This document shows positions 1 through 8,321 of a DNA stretch of 64,000 nucleotides, one piece after another. Below the pieces are notes generated by a model. The model worked only from the letters and a program-made list of their open reading frames with translations. It ran no database searches and was not told where the DNA came from. Within the stretch, counting starts at the first letter, position 1. The number at the start of each line of letters is the position of its first letter. The position numbers and the translations under genes were made by a program. This DNA is from a virus, in the IMG/VR virus record IMGVR_UViG_3300028836_000025, positions 3,552 through 67,551 of that record, one strand, 5' to 3'.

Positions 1-46
1 AAACTTCATACGAGTAGCGAGCTACAAGTCGGGTTATGTAAGACGG

Positions 47-421
47 GTGGATAAAAACAGCTATTGCTGGCAATTAAACAAGACTAGAGAAGGTACCACG
101 ATATATAGAAATGGTATCTATCATGGTATAGAGCGTATTTTAATACCCTCTGGTGAGGATAGATTAAGATATCTGTTGAACTTTTGTATAAAGAATTACT
201 ACATAGGTCACGCTAATCTTATTCACAACGGTGAGTATATACCAAAATGGCAAGCCGCACAAACAGATGGTAAACCATGTATATGTCGAGTTACTAGTGA
301 CGCTCTGAAAGATAAGAACGTACATTTAATAATTACTACGAAAGATCGAGTTATGAACGAGTTGAAAGACAAAATGGACGAGTTTGTAGAATATGTAAAC
401 ATGCGAAATAATACAAACTAA
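47..421 (+). CDS. hypothetical early protein
   Basis: 124-aa ORF in the + strand early cluster; GTG start uncertain; no recognisable motif. Confidence 0.6.
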   Translation: MDKNSYCWQLNKTREGTTIYRNGIYHGIERILIPSGEDRLRYLLNFCIKNYYIGHANLIHNGEYIPKWQAAQTDGKPCICRVTSDALKDKNVHLIITTKDRVMNELKDKMDEFVEYVNMRNNTN

Positions 422-454
422 ATACGAACCGCCATGGATAATAATAATATGAAA
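412..454 (+). promoter_or_regulatory. conserved early intergenic motif, copy 1 (putative early promoter)
   Basis: TACAAACTAAATACGAACCGCCATGGATAATAATAATATGAAA; 36/43 identical to 1087-1129; both copies lie at gene boundaries. Confidence 0.55.
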
Positions 455-625
455 ACATTTAAACAATTAAAAGACAACAAGATAGAGCTTGGTGGCGTAA
501 TCTATCGTCCATACTTTATCGGAGATTTACCTAACAACTTCGGTTGCTTAGAATATGACGGCAATGATGGTATCCACGAGTGGTTCGGCTACAAAGGGTT
601 CTGTTATATAAAAGATAAGAGATGA
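434..625 (+). CDS. hypothetical protein
   Basis: 63-aa ORF; may start at the downstream ATG 449. Confidence 0.6.
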   Translation: MDNNNMKTFKQLKDNKIELGGVIYRPYFIGDLPNNFGCLEYDGNDGIHEWFGYKGFCYIKDKR

Positions 626-783
626 GTAGAGAAGACGTAAATAAGTATATGAAGACAGATGGACCATACTGTCCATGGGAACATGCTTATCAATTAGCGA
701 AACCACATTACACAAGAGAAGAGATCGATGAGATGCTATTTTGTGAAATAGACGAGCTATTAAATCAAGAAGATGATGACTAG
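622..783 (+). CDS. small acidic hypothetical protein (53 aa, not in ORF track)
   Basis: MSREDVNKYMKTDGPYCPWEHAYQ...NQEDDD*; ATGA overlap with the previous gene; fills the gap. Confidence 0.55.
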   Translation: MSREDVNKYMKTDGPYCPWEHAYQLAKPHYTREEIDEMLFCEIDELLNQEDDD

Positions 784-1096
784 ATACGAAGAAATAGAGT
801 TTAATAAGCTAACAGCTTTACTTAAAGAAAGCGGAATTGAATACGAAGACACCACTTGGGGTAATGATGTAACCGCATCAATATCAGTGCTTCTACCACG
901 CGTCGCTGAGTTTTTAGACGGTAGACCACATTGGCTTGAGGAAGAGTTTCAAATATACATACCTAACTCCCACGAGCATGACGCAGAAAATGAGAAGTAT
1001 AATACCTTTGCTGTGACTTTGATCGAACAGGGACACACTACAGACTTCCGAAGAGCGGAAGAGGTGATGGAGTATTTAAAAGGTTTTACAAACTGA
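773..1096 (+). CDS. hypothetical protein
   Basis: 107-aa ORF in the co-oriented cluster. Confidence 0.65.
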   Translation: MMTRYEEIEFNKLTALLKESGIEYEDTTWGNDVTASISVLLPRVAEFLDGRPHWLEEEFQIYIPNSHEHDAENEKYNTFAVTLIEQGHTTDFRRAEEVMEYLKGFTN

Positions 1097-1129
1097 ATAC
1101 GAATCACCATAGATAATATATATATGAAA
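1087..1129 (+). promoter_or_regulatory. conserved early intergenic motif, copy 2
   Basis: TACAAACTGAATACGAATCACCATAGATAATATATATATGAAA; repeat of 412-454. Confidence 0.55.
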
Positions 1130-1146
1130 CAAACAAATACAATGTA

Positions 1147-1527
1147 ATGGATAAAAAAGAATTAAAGATCAAGCTGGAAGCACTTGAAGTCAACGTCGAA
1201 GTAAGACGTGATGAACTAGGTTTTGCTATGTCAGCCGCGCAAATAGCGAGAGAAGAGTTAGCTAACTTAGGTAAACCAGTGATAACTGAAGATGTCGCAA
1301 ACCAAATAGTAAGTAAAGTATGTGAAGCTTTTCAAGAAGTATTATGTAATATTGACTCTGACAGCATAGAGATCGATTTTAGCATGGACTATGATAACCG
1401 AATTGTAGTAGATGGTATTAGTGGTTTTGATGAGGTAGATGCAGATGAAGACTCTATAATGGAAATATTGATAGACACTTTCAATATAGACCACAGTAAT
1501 AGCGAGGATGGTAACGATACAGATTAA
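1147..1527 (+). CDS. acidic hypothetical protein with N-terminal coiled coil
   Basis: 126-aa ORF, very D/E-rich. Confidence 0.7.
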   Translation: MDKKELKIKLEALEVNVEVRRDELGFAMSAAQIAREELANLGKPVITEDVANQIVSKVCEAFQEVLCNIDSDSIEIDFSMDYDNRIVVDGISGFDEVDADEDSIMEILIDTFNIDHSNSEDGNDTD

Positions 1528-1529
1528 GT

Positions 1530-1830
1530 GTTATACTTGAACTAGTAGACGTTTTCGCGAGCTAGTTAGTATAACCAAACCCGGCGGGGTATAACGCAGA
1601 CCCGGCGGGGTCACTAAGCGCAAAAAAGCTCGACGGAGCAAGGCTGTATATGCATGTGAACCCTGAAAATGGGGATAGCGGGTAGACAGTAACGGGTCGA
1701 GGTAGTCTATGCTACCGTAATGCCACCGAATAATAGGACGCAGGTAGCTCCTGTATTGAAGGCTAAGATCACGCAGAGAGTTGGGACCGCAGGCGTGCGG
1801 AGCCGGCAGTGACATGCCACAACTCTTTGC
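1530..1830 (+). ncRNA. candidate structured non-coding RNA
   Basis: GC-rich intergenic island with many hairpins: 1530-1575; ACCC-GGCG-GGGT at 1579-1590 and 1600-1611; GCTC-GACG-GAGC 1628-1639; three-way junction 1773-1830. Confidence 0.5.
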
Positions 1831-1836
1831 TTTAAA

Positions 1837-1983
1837 GGGGGTGAAAATGGTAACGCACACTGGACAGAAGACAGTATCTTCGCTGGAAGTTGGCCCGTAA
1901 ATCTACAAGATAGTAGGCCACCAACTCAAGCAAGACAGTATCTCAAAGCATTGCGTACGAGGGTTCGATTCCCTCCACCTCCA
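1837..1983 (+). ncRNA. tmRNA-like (tRNA-Ala-like domain) RNA, unusually short
   Basis: Acceptor stem GGGGGTG/CACCTCC with G3:U70, discriminator A1983, T-arm GAGGG-TTCGATT-CCCTC, unpaired D-loop with GG, P2-like CGCA/TGCG helix followed by a 3-nt linker; no anticodon arm. Confidence 0.7.
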
Positions 1984-1997
1984 CAAATTAAAATACT

Positions 1998-2285
1998 ATG
2001 AAAGATACAAATCAAGTACAAAAAGCCCTTGAATCCAAGGCAAAGAAAGAGCTGCAAAGAATTGTAGACGAGTTTGTTATATCACTAAATAAGCTAAACT
2101 CAACGTACCGCCAACCACCCTCGTACACTATGTGTGAGAGTCGTAACACTGATGCTAAGGTTTTTAGCTATATTAGACTTGGTTGCTTAGAGACTATACT
2201 TCACGACATGCTCGTTGAGGCATACTTAAGCCCTATGGTACACAAAAAGACACAAGAGCTATTAACAAAATTAGAATTACTATAA
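1998..2285 (+). CDS. hypothetical protein
   Basis: 95-aa ORF. Confidence 0.65.
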   Translation: MKDTNQVQKALESKAKKELQRIVDEFVISLNKLNSTYRQPPSYTMCESRNTDAKVFSYIRLGCLETILHDMLVEAYLSPMVHKKTQELLTKLELL

Positions 2286-2286
2286 G

Positions 2287-2685
2287 ATGGCGCTAAATTA
2301 TGATGTGACGCAAGTCAAAGATGCCTGGTTCAAGGTGGATCAGAAGATTCTAGATGAAGAAACTAGAGATAAAAGAAACTCAATATTTGGTCCAACCAGA
2401 TATAAAGAGGATGGTGTAACCTATGAAATGGAGCAACCACTACAGACAGTGATATTCTTAACTATGTCAGTAGGAATGAATAGTATCACTGAAAAAAACA
2501 AACAGAAATTCTTTAATAGAATTAAGTTTATGGAGAGTAGAACAGGTGCTGTGATGAGGTTAAATGATGAACCACATCCTTTTACTATGGATATGGTGGA
2601 ATCTTGTATTGGTTTAACAACCAATGCTAGCACTATGACTAAAGCTCAATTTCTTAAAAACCAAACTCAATATTTAGAACTATAA
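2287..2685 (+). CDS. hypothetical protein
   Basis: 132-aa ORF abutting the previous gene. Confidence 0.7.
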   Translation: MALNYDVTQVKDAWFKVDQKILDEETRDKRNSIFGPTRYKEDGVTYEMEQPLQTVIFLTMSVGMNSITEKNKQKFFNRIKFMESRTGAVMRLNDEPHPFTMDMVESCIGLTTNASTMTKAQFLKNQTQYLEL

Positions 2686-2799
2686 AGAACGAGGGTAAAT
2701 AATGGACATATAATACACTTATGTCCAATAAACAACAAAAAATGAACATGAACTCACTTATAATGTGAATTGGAATGTAATTAATAACTAAACAAATAG

Positions 2800-3036
2800 A
2801 TGAAAAACTTATTAGATAGATTAGAAGATGAGGTGTTGGCGGGATTAAAAGATAATACGAAGAAATACCCATCGAGCGTAGAAAGCGCACTAAAAGCACT
2901 TGAGGAAAACTACTGCTGGCTTAGCCTAACAGTGGGTCAGGTGCATGGGATTCTTATGTTTAGTAATATACCGTACGAGAAAAGAACAGATATGACATTT
3001 AAATTTGGAGAAAATATAATTAAAGATGAAAAATAA
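2800..3036 (+). CDS. hypothetical protein
   Basis: 78-aa ORF. Confidence 0.6.
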   Translation: MKNLLDRLEDEVLAGLKDNTKKYPSSVESALKALEENYCWLSLTVGQVHGILMFSNIPYEKRTDMTFKFGENIIKDEK

Positions 3037-3292
3037 AGTAAAACAAAACCTACCTGACTGGTTTGATGGAGAAGTTTATGAGATCGGAGACGAGGTTCGT
3101 AACCCATTTTCAGGTGACAAATACCTGTTAACTGCAGAGGAATTAAGTATGTATGATCTAATTCAGGGCGCTCAAATGGCTTTAGCTATGGGTATGCCAG
3201 TTGATCATGCGGATTGTGTTACAATTATGCAAAAGGGACTAAGCTGGTTTAGACAGAATAACCCAAAAGCATATATGATACTACTCGATTAA
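3026..3292 (+). CDS. hypothetical phage protein
   Basis: 88-aa ORF (V.NPFSG...LT..ELS.YD...G..WF...NP.AYM.LLD). Confidence 0.7.
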   Translation: MKNKVKQNLPDWFDGEVYEIGDEVRNPFSGDKYLLTAEELSMYDLIQGAQMALAMGMPVDHADCVTIMQKGLSWFRQNNPKAYMILLD

Positions 3293-3371
3293 TGATATAT
3301 CTATATACAGGATTACTGGCTTATATAGTCGTGGAACAAATAATGGAATCAAATAGAAAATTTAAAGAGTA

Positions 3372-3638
3372 ATGACAAGAAAACAAATAGAAAAATACAT
3401 TAGAAATGAGCTTGGTAGCGAACCAAGACACGACTGCCGAGCTTTAGCTGAAGCGATAAATGAGATAGCTGAAGAAGTTAATTTCGACTCCTATAGACTA
3501 ATGCAATTATTGCTAGAAAATAGACCGATAGACGCTCTATACACGCATAGCTATGGCTTTCACACCGCTCAAGGCAGATCTTTAATAGAAGGAATGCAAA
3601 ATAAATACTACAAATATGGCAACAAGAGCACTAATTAG
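3372..3638 (+). CDS. hypothetical protein
   Basis: 88-aa ORF. Confidence 0.65.
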   Translation: MTRKQIEKYIRNELGSEPRHDCRALAEAINEIAEEVNFDSYRLMQLLLENRPIDALYTHSYGFHTAQGRSLIEGMQNKYYKYGNKSTN

Positions 3639-4104
3639 AATAGTACCAAGAGAAGAGGGTGTCAGTTTTTCTGAACACCCTGAACTCGTACAAACGGAAA
3701 TATACCATCACTATGATGGTTACCCCCAATACTTGGGGCGTAAATTAGCAGAAATGCTAGGTGAGGTAAAAGTAGTGAATGGGCTAGCTTCAAGAGAATA
3801 TCTTGGAAGTAAAAACCTTACCACTATGGCAGCTAGACCTATACTCCAAGCTAACGGGATATCCTGCTTAGCCGCTAGTATAGTGTCTGAACTAAAGACA
3901 GAGTGTGGACAAGTATACCTAGAGATGCCTAACAAAGTGTTAGATGAAGCGTGGATTGATTTCACGTACTACATCTGGGTTAAAGTTGGTGAACCTATAT
4001 GGATCAGCATCTTTGATCACAGCGCGGAAGGGTGCACATTTGTAGGGTGCACCTTTGTAGGCACGTGTGATAAACTTTTAGAAAGATATAACGATGAGAC
4101 ATAA
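3616..4104 (+). CDS. hypothetical phage protein (HxDGYP motif family)
   Basis: MATRALI...IYHHYDGYP motif, common in uncharacterised phage early proteins. Confidence 0.7.
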   Translation: MATRALIRIVPREEGVSFSEHPELVQTEIYHHYDGYPQYLGRKLAEMLGEVKVVNGLASREYLGSKNLTTMAARPILQANGISCLAASIVSELKTECGQVYLEMPNKVLDEAWIDFTYYIWVKVGEPIWISIFDHSAEGCTFVGCTFVGTCDKLLERYNDET

Positions 4105-4957
4105 ACCAATGCTAGCATACCCTGTTAGCAATAAACCAATAGATTACGATAAGAAGGTTTTTATACAACCTAAACTTGATGGTGTTCGCTGTTTAATACA
4201 GTATGAGCCAGAAAAATACGGTGATGATAGCTATAGAGGTAAAGCGATGGCTTATTCACGCACAGGAAAAGAATGGAAGAATATAGATCATATACTTAAA
4301 GAGTTAGGACCTTTCTTTGAGACATACCCTGATGCGGTATTAGACGGAGAGCTTTACAACCACGATTTGCGAGATAACTTTGAGAAGATTATCTCTTGTG
4401 TGCGTAAAACTAAACCTACAGAAGAGCATAGAGCTGAATCTAAGAGATTGGTTCAGTTTCACTGTTATGACGTGCCTAGTAATCCCCACAGATTTGATGT
4501 TAGAAATGAATGGATTAAACTAAATGTACCTATTGCCGTAAGCTTTAAGATCGTAGAAACCCACGAGATTTATGCGGAGAAATACATGCTAGATTTGCAT
4601 AAGATTTTTCTAAAGAAGGGGTATGAAGGCTCTATAGTGCGTATAAACGGGGTGTATGAGAATAAAAGATCTCATAACTTAAGAAAAATTAAAGATTTCC
4701 AAGACTCAGAGGCTACTATAATAGACTGGGTGGAAGGAAAAGGTAAACGTAAAGGTACTATCGGTAAATTTGTTGGAGAAGATTCTGACGGAGTCGTATT
4801 CGGTATACCTGTAATGGATAAGTTTAAATACTTACAGGATAACTTTGATGAAATGAAAACATGGGTCGGTAGAGAGGCTACGTTCACATATTTTGAAAGA
4901 ACGAAGGCTAATAGTTACCGCTTCCCACTATTTAAAGCGATAAGAGATTATGAGTGA
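4094..4957 (+). CDS. lig: ATP-dependent DNA ligase
   Basis: Motif I QPKLDGVRC, LDGELY, FHCYDV, GYEGSIVR, KIK; C-terminal OB fold ending YRFP. Confidence 0.93.
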   Translation: MRHKPMLAYPVSNKPIDYDKKVFIQPKLDGVRCLIQYEPEKYGDDSYRGKAMAYSRTGKEWKNIDHILKELGPFFETYPDAVLDGELYNHDLRDNFEKIISCVRKTKPTEEHRAESKRLVQFHCYDVPSNPHRFDVRNEWIKLNVPIAVSFKIVETHEIYAEKYMLDLHKIFLKKGYEGSIVRINGVYENKRSHNLRKIKDFQDSEATIIDWVEGKGKRKGTIGKFVGEDSDGVVFGIPVMDKFKYLQDNFDEMKTWVGREATFTYFERTKANSYRFPLFKAIRDYE

Positions 4958-5144
4958 ATTAAAAGAAGAAGATTACAAAATTAAAGGGAGTAAAGACCTA
5001 TGGGAATGTGTACACACACTAGAAGTGGTCGCTCATTGGATGAGGGACTCTTCGTTTGATTACGATTCTAGGGATTTGAAACATTTACTTAGTGAGGCTC
5101 TTAAAACCTATAACAACTATTTATATGAGAAGACTAATATATGA
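4950..5144 (+). CDS. hypothetical protein
   Basis: 64-aa ORF overlapping the ligase stop. Confidence 0.55.
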   Translation: MSELKEEDYKIKGSKDLWECVHTLEVVAHWMRDSSFDYDSRDLKHLLSEALKTYNNYLYEKTNI

Positions 5145-5236
5145 CCTATACTACGCTGATGAGATCAGTGTAGATATAGCTATAAAGCTACTAGACAGGC
5201 TAGAGAAATCAAGAGATAAAAGACGAAGATACTAAA

Positions 5237-7090
5237 TTGGACAAAATAAGGTTCATAGGGGAGAGTAGTCACGTAAGTGATATACAAGCGGCAACTATAG
5301 AAGAATGCCTGCTATACTGTAAGAGCAAGTCTGTTCTTGGGGTAGATACAGAGACAGAGGGTCTTGATTTCACTCGTAATAAGATGATTATGCTCCAGAT
5401 AGGAGATAAAGAAAGACAGTTTGTTATAGACACCCGAGTTATAGATATAACACCACTTAAAGAGGTGTTTGAGAGTAAAGACATTATAAAAATCTTTCAC
5501 AACGCTAAGTTTGATTATAAGTTCCTGAAAAGATGGGGCGGAATATCAACTGAGAACATGTATGACACCTTTCTTGTAGAGAAGGTGTTAAATTGTGGTA
5601 AGAAAGATTTTAGGTACTCCTTAGCAGAATGTGTTAAGAGATACTTCAACGTAGAGCTAGATAAAACTATTAGAAGTGGTTTTATAGGGCTCTCTACTAA
5701 ACCCTATACGTTAGATCAAGTTGTATATGGTGCTGAGGATGTAGTATATCTGTGTGATATACGAGAAAAGCAGCTACCGACACTACACTTGTACTCAGTA
5801 CATCAAACCGCGAAGTTGGAGAACGCCGTAGTAAAAGTGTTTGCTGAGATCGAATACGAAGGGTTAAAGATTGATAGGGAAAGATGGATTGATATGGCAG
5901 AGGAAAATGTTAAACTAGCCTACGAGCAAGAGTTAAAGCTTGATCGCATGGTACTAGAGCATCCTCTTCTAACTCAGTACAACACCCCTATGCAAAGCGA
6001 TATGTTTGAGCCTATCGAAATGGCTCGGCGTACCGCTATTAACTGGAACTCTCCAGTACAGACGCTAGCTCTTTTTCGGAACCTAGTGCCTAGCTTAGAA
6101 AATGTAAACGGACAGAATCTTGGTAAATACGCCAAGTTTCATGAATTAATAGATGAATATATACAATACAAAAAGCGAACTAAACTCGCGAACGCTTATG
6201 GAATTAAATTCTTTGATTATGTAAGCGAAGATGGGAAGGTTCACACGAACTTCTCCCAGATTTTAGACACGGGTAGAGTGTCGTCTAGCAAGCCTAATAT
6301 GCAGCAGATACCAAGTAATAATATCTTTAGAAATTGCTTTATAGCAAAAGATGGCTGGGTGTTTGTATCTTCGGATTACTCCTCACAAGAGTTAAACGTG
6401 ATAGCGTACGGCAGTCAAGACCCTGTCTGGCTAGACGCCCTTGAAAGAGGGTTAGACCTCCACGGAGTATGCGCGGATCTAGTCTTTGAAGACAAGTGGA
6501 GAAATGCAGATGCCGTTGGTAAAAAGAAGTTACGTACTCAGATAAAAACCATTAACTTTGGTTTAGCTTATGGTATGGGACCCTTTAAACTCGCTGAGAC
6601 CTTATCTATATCTCAAGATGCAGCTCTAGAGCTTATAGAGAAATACTTTACAGAATTCCCTAATATCAGGGCATTCCTAGAAAAGTTAGGGCAATATGGT
6701 AAAGATAAAGGATTTATTTGTACCTTTAGACCCTTCTTAAGACGAAGATGGTTTAGTGACTGGTACCCAGGCATGCAGTATAGTAAAGGAAAAATGAGAG
6801 AGCTAGGTGCTATAGAGCGCGCTTCTAAAAACACCCCTATTCAGGGGTCAAGCGCCGATATGACTAAACTAGCTCTTATCTATGTCTATAATGAAATACA
6901 AGAATCTTGGTCTGACTCAGTAAAAATAGTTATGACTGTGCATGATCAAATAGATACTATATGCCGTGAAGACGTAACTGAAGCTTGGAAAATACGCATG
7001 ACAGAGCTTATGGAAAAAGCTGCGAAGGTTATAATACCCAATAGCCTGTTAAAGGCAGATACTAACATATCCCAAACATGGGAAAAATAA
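5237..7090 (+). CDS. polA: family A DNA polymerase (3'-5' exonuclease + polymerase, no 5' nuclease)
   Basis: ExoI DTETEG, ExoII HNAKFD, ExoIII YGAED; TGRVSSSKPNMQQIP; motif A DYSSQEL; motif B KTINFGLAYG; NTPIQGSSAD; motif C VHDQ. Confidence 0.95.
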   Translation: MDKIRFIGESSHVSDIQAATIEECLLYCKSKSVLGVDTETEGLDFTRNKMIMLQIGDKERQFVIDTRVIDITPLKEVFESKDIIKIFHNAKFDYKFLKRWGGISTENMYDTFLVEKVLNCGKKDFRYSLAECVKRYFNVELDKTIRSGFIGLSTKPYTLDQVVYGAEDVVYLCDIREKQLPTLHLYSVHQTAKLENAVVKVFAEIEYEGLKIDRERWIDMAEENVKLAYEQELKLDRMVLEHPLLTQYNTPMQSDMFEPIEMARRTAINWNSPVQTLALFRNLVPSLENVNGQNLGKYAKFHELIDEYIQYKKRTKLANAYGIKFFDYVSEDGKVHTNFSQILDTGRVSSSKPNMQQIPSNNIFRNCFIAKDGWVFVSSDYSSQELNVIAYGSQDPVWLDALERGLDLHGVCADLVFEDKWRNADAVGKKKLRTQIKTINFGLAYGMGPFKLAETLSISQDAALELIEKYFTEFPNIRAFLEKLGQYGKDKGFICTFRPFLRRRWFSDWYPGMQYSKGKMRELGAIERASKNTPIQGSSADMTKLALIYVYNEIQESWSDSVKIVMTVHDQIDTICREDVTEAWKIRMTELMEKAAKVIIPNSLLKADTNISQTWEK

Positions 7091-7260
7091 TGAAAAATAA
7101 AAGAATAGTCTCAATATCCGCAGGTTTGTACGATAAATTGAGCAAAAGAATTGAAACTCAAGATAAGATAATTCTTACGCTAGAGATGCAACTATCTAAT
7201 GAGAGATTAAAGAATAAAAATCTAGAAAGACTAGTAACTACAAGAAACAAAAAACAATAA
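7078..7260 (+). CDS. small coiled-coil hypothetical protein
   Basis: 60-aa ORF, probable start at ATG 7090. Confidence 0.5.
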   Translation: MGKIMKNKRIVSISAGLYDKLSKRIETQDKIILTLEMQLSNERLKNKNLERLVTTRNKKQ

Positions 7261-7267
7261 AAGATTA

Positions 7268-7573
7268 ATGGAAGATTTTGATACAGAGGATTTATTCGGT
7301 GGTAGAGAAGAGGTGCTTAAAAATTTAGGTAACCACATAGCAAAAGCTTTAATACGGTTAGCTAAAAATGAACCTTTAGAAGAATATGAAATAGGTGACT
7401 CTGAGGATTATCTAGTGGGTGAACTCGCTAGGTGCTTAACTCTACAGAACCTATACTTAGACCGGGAAGAGTACGAGAAGTGTGCGATTATGAAATTGCG
7501 CATTATAGTGTTAAACAAAAAGCTGGGATTAGACTTGACTGGCTCAATGGAGGATTTTGATGAAGAAGATTAA
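7268..7573 (+). CDS. acidic hypothetical protein with UVR-like motif
   Basis: 101 aa; REEYEKCA..K resembles a UvrB/C (UVR) hairpin. Confidence 0.6.
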   Translation: MEDFDTEDLFGGREEVLKNLGNHIAKALIRLAKNEPLEEYEIGDSEDYLVGELARCLTLQNLYLDREEYEKCAIMKLRIIVLNKKLGLDLTGSMEDFDEED

Positions 7574-7619
7574 AGAACCAATAGAAGATAATGATATTAT
7601 CTTTGAGACCTTGTAGAAC

Positions 7620-7663
7620 GTGACAAAAGCCTCTAATAAGATAATGTAACAGGCTAATGTCAC
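7620..7663. repeat. imperfect inverted repeat (candidate operator/origin site)
   Basis: GTGACA-AA-AGCCT...AGGCT-AA-TGTCAC upstream of the HTH gene; related copy at 63911-63953. Confidence 0.5.
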
Positions 7664-7676
7664 ATATTTAAACCCA

Positions 7677-8300
7677 ATGCCACAGTACGAAAGAAACTTA
7701 GAAGTATTTAATAGACGGCGCATAGTTTATACTAGGCTACCTATTACAGACGTGCCTACTATAGACACTTCTAAGTACATGTATTATGAAGACGGCACCT
7801 ATGAGTGCTATGAGCTATTCCGTAGCAAAGCTAAGATCACGACTTATAGAAGTCTAAAGTGGCACTTGCTTGTGCTATGGTATTTAAACCCATCTTTAGA
7901 TCAAGATGAGTTTATGGATGTAGCTCAAATTATTGCGGACAAAAGCAACGGGTTTACTAGTTTTAGTATATACCCGGAAATACTACGGAAAATAGTATAT
8001 GAGGTTAGCATGTTAGATTTAGAAGAACCCCCTAAGAATAAGTTACGTAAGGTTATATTTAAACTACATAATGGTTTAGAGAAAGTAGAGAAACTTAGCA
8101 TCGTAGGAGCTCTGATAGGTAGATCAAATAAGATCCATCCTGACGACATCTATGCGTGTATGATAGACTTACATGACATGGGTCAAAAGATTACGTTAAA
8201 ACGCGTCTCTGAGATCCTTAGGGTATCCTTAAGAACAATACATAGGCATATGCCGGAAGAATTAAAAAGAGAAAAAGAATTATTAAATAAAGAATTATGA
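7677..8300 (+). CDS. DNA-binding protein with C-terminal helix-turn-helix
   Basis: C-terminal KITLKRVSEILRVSLRTIHRH is HTH-like. Confidence 0.7.
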   Translation: MPQYERNLEVFNRRRIVYTRLPITDVPTIDTSKYMYYEDGTYECYELFRSKAKITTYRSLKWHLLVLWYLNPSLDQDEFMDVAQIIADKSNGFTSFSIYPEILRKIVYEVSMLDLEEPPKNKLRKVIFKLHNGLEKVEKLSIVGALIGRSNKIHPDDIYACMIDLHDMGQKITLKRVSEILRVSLRTIHRHMPEELKREKELLNKEL

Positions 8301-8321
8301 TAGAAATTAAAAACAGAAACA

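Noticed and set aside
1620-1700. Resemblance to RNase P RNA (GGAGCAAGGC...CGGGTAG)
   Set aside because: The universal P4 elements (GAGGAAAGUCC and the 3' AGAACCCGGCUUA-type segment) are not present in the right order.
1531-1860. 109-aa minus-strand ORF
   Set aside because: Antisense to the early arm with atypical composition; better explained as a by-product of the GC-rich structured island.
1579-1943. Mini-CRISPR array from the short repeats
   Set aside because: Repeats are 12 bp, occur only in pairs with short or irregular spacing, and there are no cas genes.
1837-1983. Canonical tRNA-Ala or full-length ssrA call
   Set aside because: No D-stem or anticodon arm; too short, with no recognisable pseudoknots or degron tag, so reported only as tmRNA-like.
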